From contig CAVRFW010000009.1 in the NCBI GenBank assembly GCA_963720565.1, positions 96,001 through 160,000 of the forward strand: a stretch of DNA of 64,000 nt, given 5' to 3'. The first letter of the stretch is position 1. Each line of letters begins with the position of its first letter. The stretch is from Candidatus Bathyarchaeota archaeon (GTDB lineage Archaea; Thermoproteota; Bathyarchaeia; Bathyarchaeales; Bathycorpusculaceae). The notes below the pieces were generated by a model. That model was not told the origin of the DNA. It saw only the letters and a list, made by a program, of their open reading frames with translations, and ran no database searches. The translations under genes and the position numbers were made by a program. Shown here in pieces: positions 61,734-64,000 of this stretch.

Positions 61734-62502
61734 GTGGTTTATCTGAAAGATAAGAAGGTAAAGCAGACCGTCAAAAAGGCTTATGCAAAAATAGCCTCAG
61801 AAAGCCAATCTTGCTGCAGTAGCAGCTGTTGCGGTGACCAGATTAGTTCAAAGGAAATATCAAAGAGCATAGGTTACTCAGAAGAGGAAATAAACGCCGT
61901 TCCAGGAGCCAACTTGGGTTTAGGTTGTGGAAACCCCACAGCCCTTGGAAAAATAAAGGAAGGCGAAATTGTGCTTGACCTCGGAAGCGGAGCAGGATTC
62001 GACTGTTTTATCGCAGCGAAGAAAGGTGGGCAAATCAGGTAAGAGTAATCGGCGTCGATATGACCAAAGAAATGATTAAGAAAGCAAGGATCACTTGCAA
62101 AGAAACACGGATATACTAACGTAGAGTTCAAGCTCGGCGACATAGAAAAACTTCCAGTTGAGAATGAATCAGTGGATGTGATAATCAGTAACTGCGTCAT
62201 AAACCTCGCCCCAGACAAGTTAAAAGTCTTCAAGGATGCATATCGAGTGCTGAGAGAAAGGGGCAGAATGTACATTTCTGACATCGTTCTTCTAAAAGAA
62301 CTCAGTGAGTCACAGAAGAACGATGAAGGGCTTCTCTCGGGCTGTGTCGCAGGTGCTTTGCTCAGAGATGACTACCTCAAAAAGATCGAAAAAGCAGGTT
62401 TTAAAGTAAAGGTTCTCTCTGAAGACAAAGACATTAGCGAAAGACAATACAAAGGAATTGCACTCAGAAAGCATTAAGCTCGAAGCGACAAAAGCGATGT
62501 AG
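61734..62502 (+). CDS. arsM: Arsenite S-adenosylmethionine methyltransferase (several frameshifts)
   Basis: [39 protein letters not shown] and GCVAGA across ORFs 61734-62042 and 62172-62477. Confidence 0.88.
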
Positions 62503-62515
62503 ATCTAACTTTTTG

Positions 62516-63118
62516 TTACTCTTTCTTTTTTCGGGTTACCTCATGTCTGTAGGAACGCTCTAGCCACCAGCGGAACTAGTATCCCAGCAAGTACTCGCGA
62601 GTAGAAAGGACAAAACAGCCCCTTCTATTGTTGCTGGTCCCAGAATAGACGAAAAATTACTAGCAAAAACCACAATTAAAGATCCCATAATTCCAGCAGT
62701 AACTCCGGCAATGAGCATTCTCTTGTAACTATCTGAACGCTTGTTTAATGCTCCAGCAACATACCCTATCAACATGGCGCTGACCAAGTTGCCCAATAAG
62801 CTTATGTCGCCACTTCCTTGAGAAGCATAGACTTGATCTGCAAAATACAGCGTGTAAAGACTGCCCATCAGGAATCCTGATGCTCCACCTGCCCATTGGT
62901 TCCAGACCAACCCAATCAGCATGGGCACTGCAACCACGACAATGGCTTCCAACAGAATGTATCTTAAGTGCTATAGCGGCGACAGAAGATGACATTGCGA
63001 TGCCAACTATTAGAAAAGCAACAATAGTCGGGACAATTACTCCGAAAACTAAATCTCTAAACTTCCAATCCTTCCAGTTATGAGCTGTCTTGATTTGTGT
63101 TTTCCAATAATTTTCCAT
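62516..63118 (-). CDS. Membrane protein, paralogue of 58432-59085 (frameshifted)
   Basis: The WKDW N-terminus in ORF 62729-63118 joins VPMLIGLVWNQWAGGASGF in ORF 62560-62952. Confidence 0.65.
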
Positions 63119-63139
63119 CCTAGTACTTGTAATGTCAAT

Positions 63140-64000
63140 CTAAGCGTTTGCTTCTTCCTTATTTGTCTTCTTTTTTCTTGGGAAATACTTTCTGGTGCGC
63201 AGTCCAAGCCAGACAAGCGAAAGCATCAGAGGCACCTCAAACAGGGGACCGATGACTGTTGCCAGAGCTGCACCCGATCCGATGCCGTAGAGCGTTACTG
63301 CCACTGCTATCGCCACTTCAAAGTGGCTGCTGCTTCCGATGAGTGTTGTATCGATTGCCGTTTCGTATTTCCAACCAAGAAAATACCCCAAGGGGTATGT
63401 CCAGGCAATCATGGTTGCATAGTGCAACAGGTTTGGAAGTGCAATGTAGGCTACAAGAAGAGGATCATTAAGGATTGTTTGGCCAGCGAACGAGAAAAGT
63501 ACTATCAATGTTAAGAGCAAAGCAACGATGGATACCTTGCCGATGGCAGCGGTGTACACGTTCTTGAACCATTCCTCCCCTTTCCTGCCAATTATTAGTT
63601 TGCGGGATACCGCGCCCGCTGCGACGGGAAGTGCGATGAAAGCTACAACGCTTAGAGCTATCAAATCCCATGGAACAGGGATGCTGCTAACGCCCAGGTA
63701 TAACGCTGCAAGAGGTGCGTACAGGATGAGCATCAGCATGGCGTTGACGGCTGTGTTGATTAAGCCTTGGGCCATGTTTCCCTTTGCGAGCAGCATCCAC
63801 CACATGACCATGGCGGTGCAAGGTGACAGGCCGAGAAGTATAACGCCTGCGATGTACTGTGGATTTCCGGCGAGAAAAACATTAGCGTAAACAGTCATTA
63901 TGATGAGGAGCAACGACCCAGTTGGCAAACAAGGTGACCAGAAGCGGTTTAGGGTTTCTTGAAGCCATTTTCACGTCGCTAAACCTGATGCCCAAAACCG
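63140..64000 (-). CDS. acr3: Acr3-family arsenite efflux permease (5' end outside the window; frameshift near 63905)
   Basis: LSPCTAMV, SSHFEVAIAVA and GPLFEVP. The upstream frame reads NPKPLLVTLFANWVVAP. Confidence 0.9.

Overview
Archaeal chromosomal window, most likely Bathyarchaeia. This is inferred from the gene set, the TTTAA/TTTATA TATA boxes and the short or leaderless UTRs. No tRNA, rRNA, CRISPR array or intact transposase was found. Bases 1-50.9 kb are mostly core genes: a GT-C/GT2 glycosylation operon, the AMP/pentose-bisphosphate cluster (e2b2, form III rbcL, deoA) beside a GH3-like gene, trxB, a polyferredoxin-MvhD fusion with nfnAB, metG, Lsm-rpl37e, Lhr, RPA, Hsp20, the KEOPS/rps15 operon, nadC, proteasome beta, two moeA genes, speB and leuS. 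The best novel candidate lies at 51.0-54.6 kb. A degenerate, ComQ-like polyprenyl-synthase homologue converges on an unannotated 14-codon gene (MQKAKVPVRVKFWK, 52044-52088, minus strand) that has its own TATA box, SD-like tract and T-run terminator. An MFS transporter and a SPASM radical SAM enzyme are transcribed divergently from it, suggesting a prenylated-peptide or pheromone-like RiPP system. Bases 55.7-64 kb form an arsenic/thiol-redox island (acr3, arsM, ccdA, redoxins, OsmC, two DGC proteins, a GcvH-like lipoyl carrier, duplicated ferredoxin and membrane genes). Many single-base frameshifts, including one in essential leuS, point to sequencing indel errors rather than true pseudogenes.
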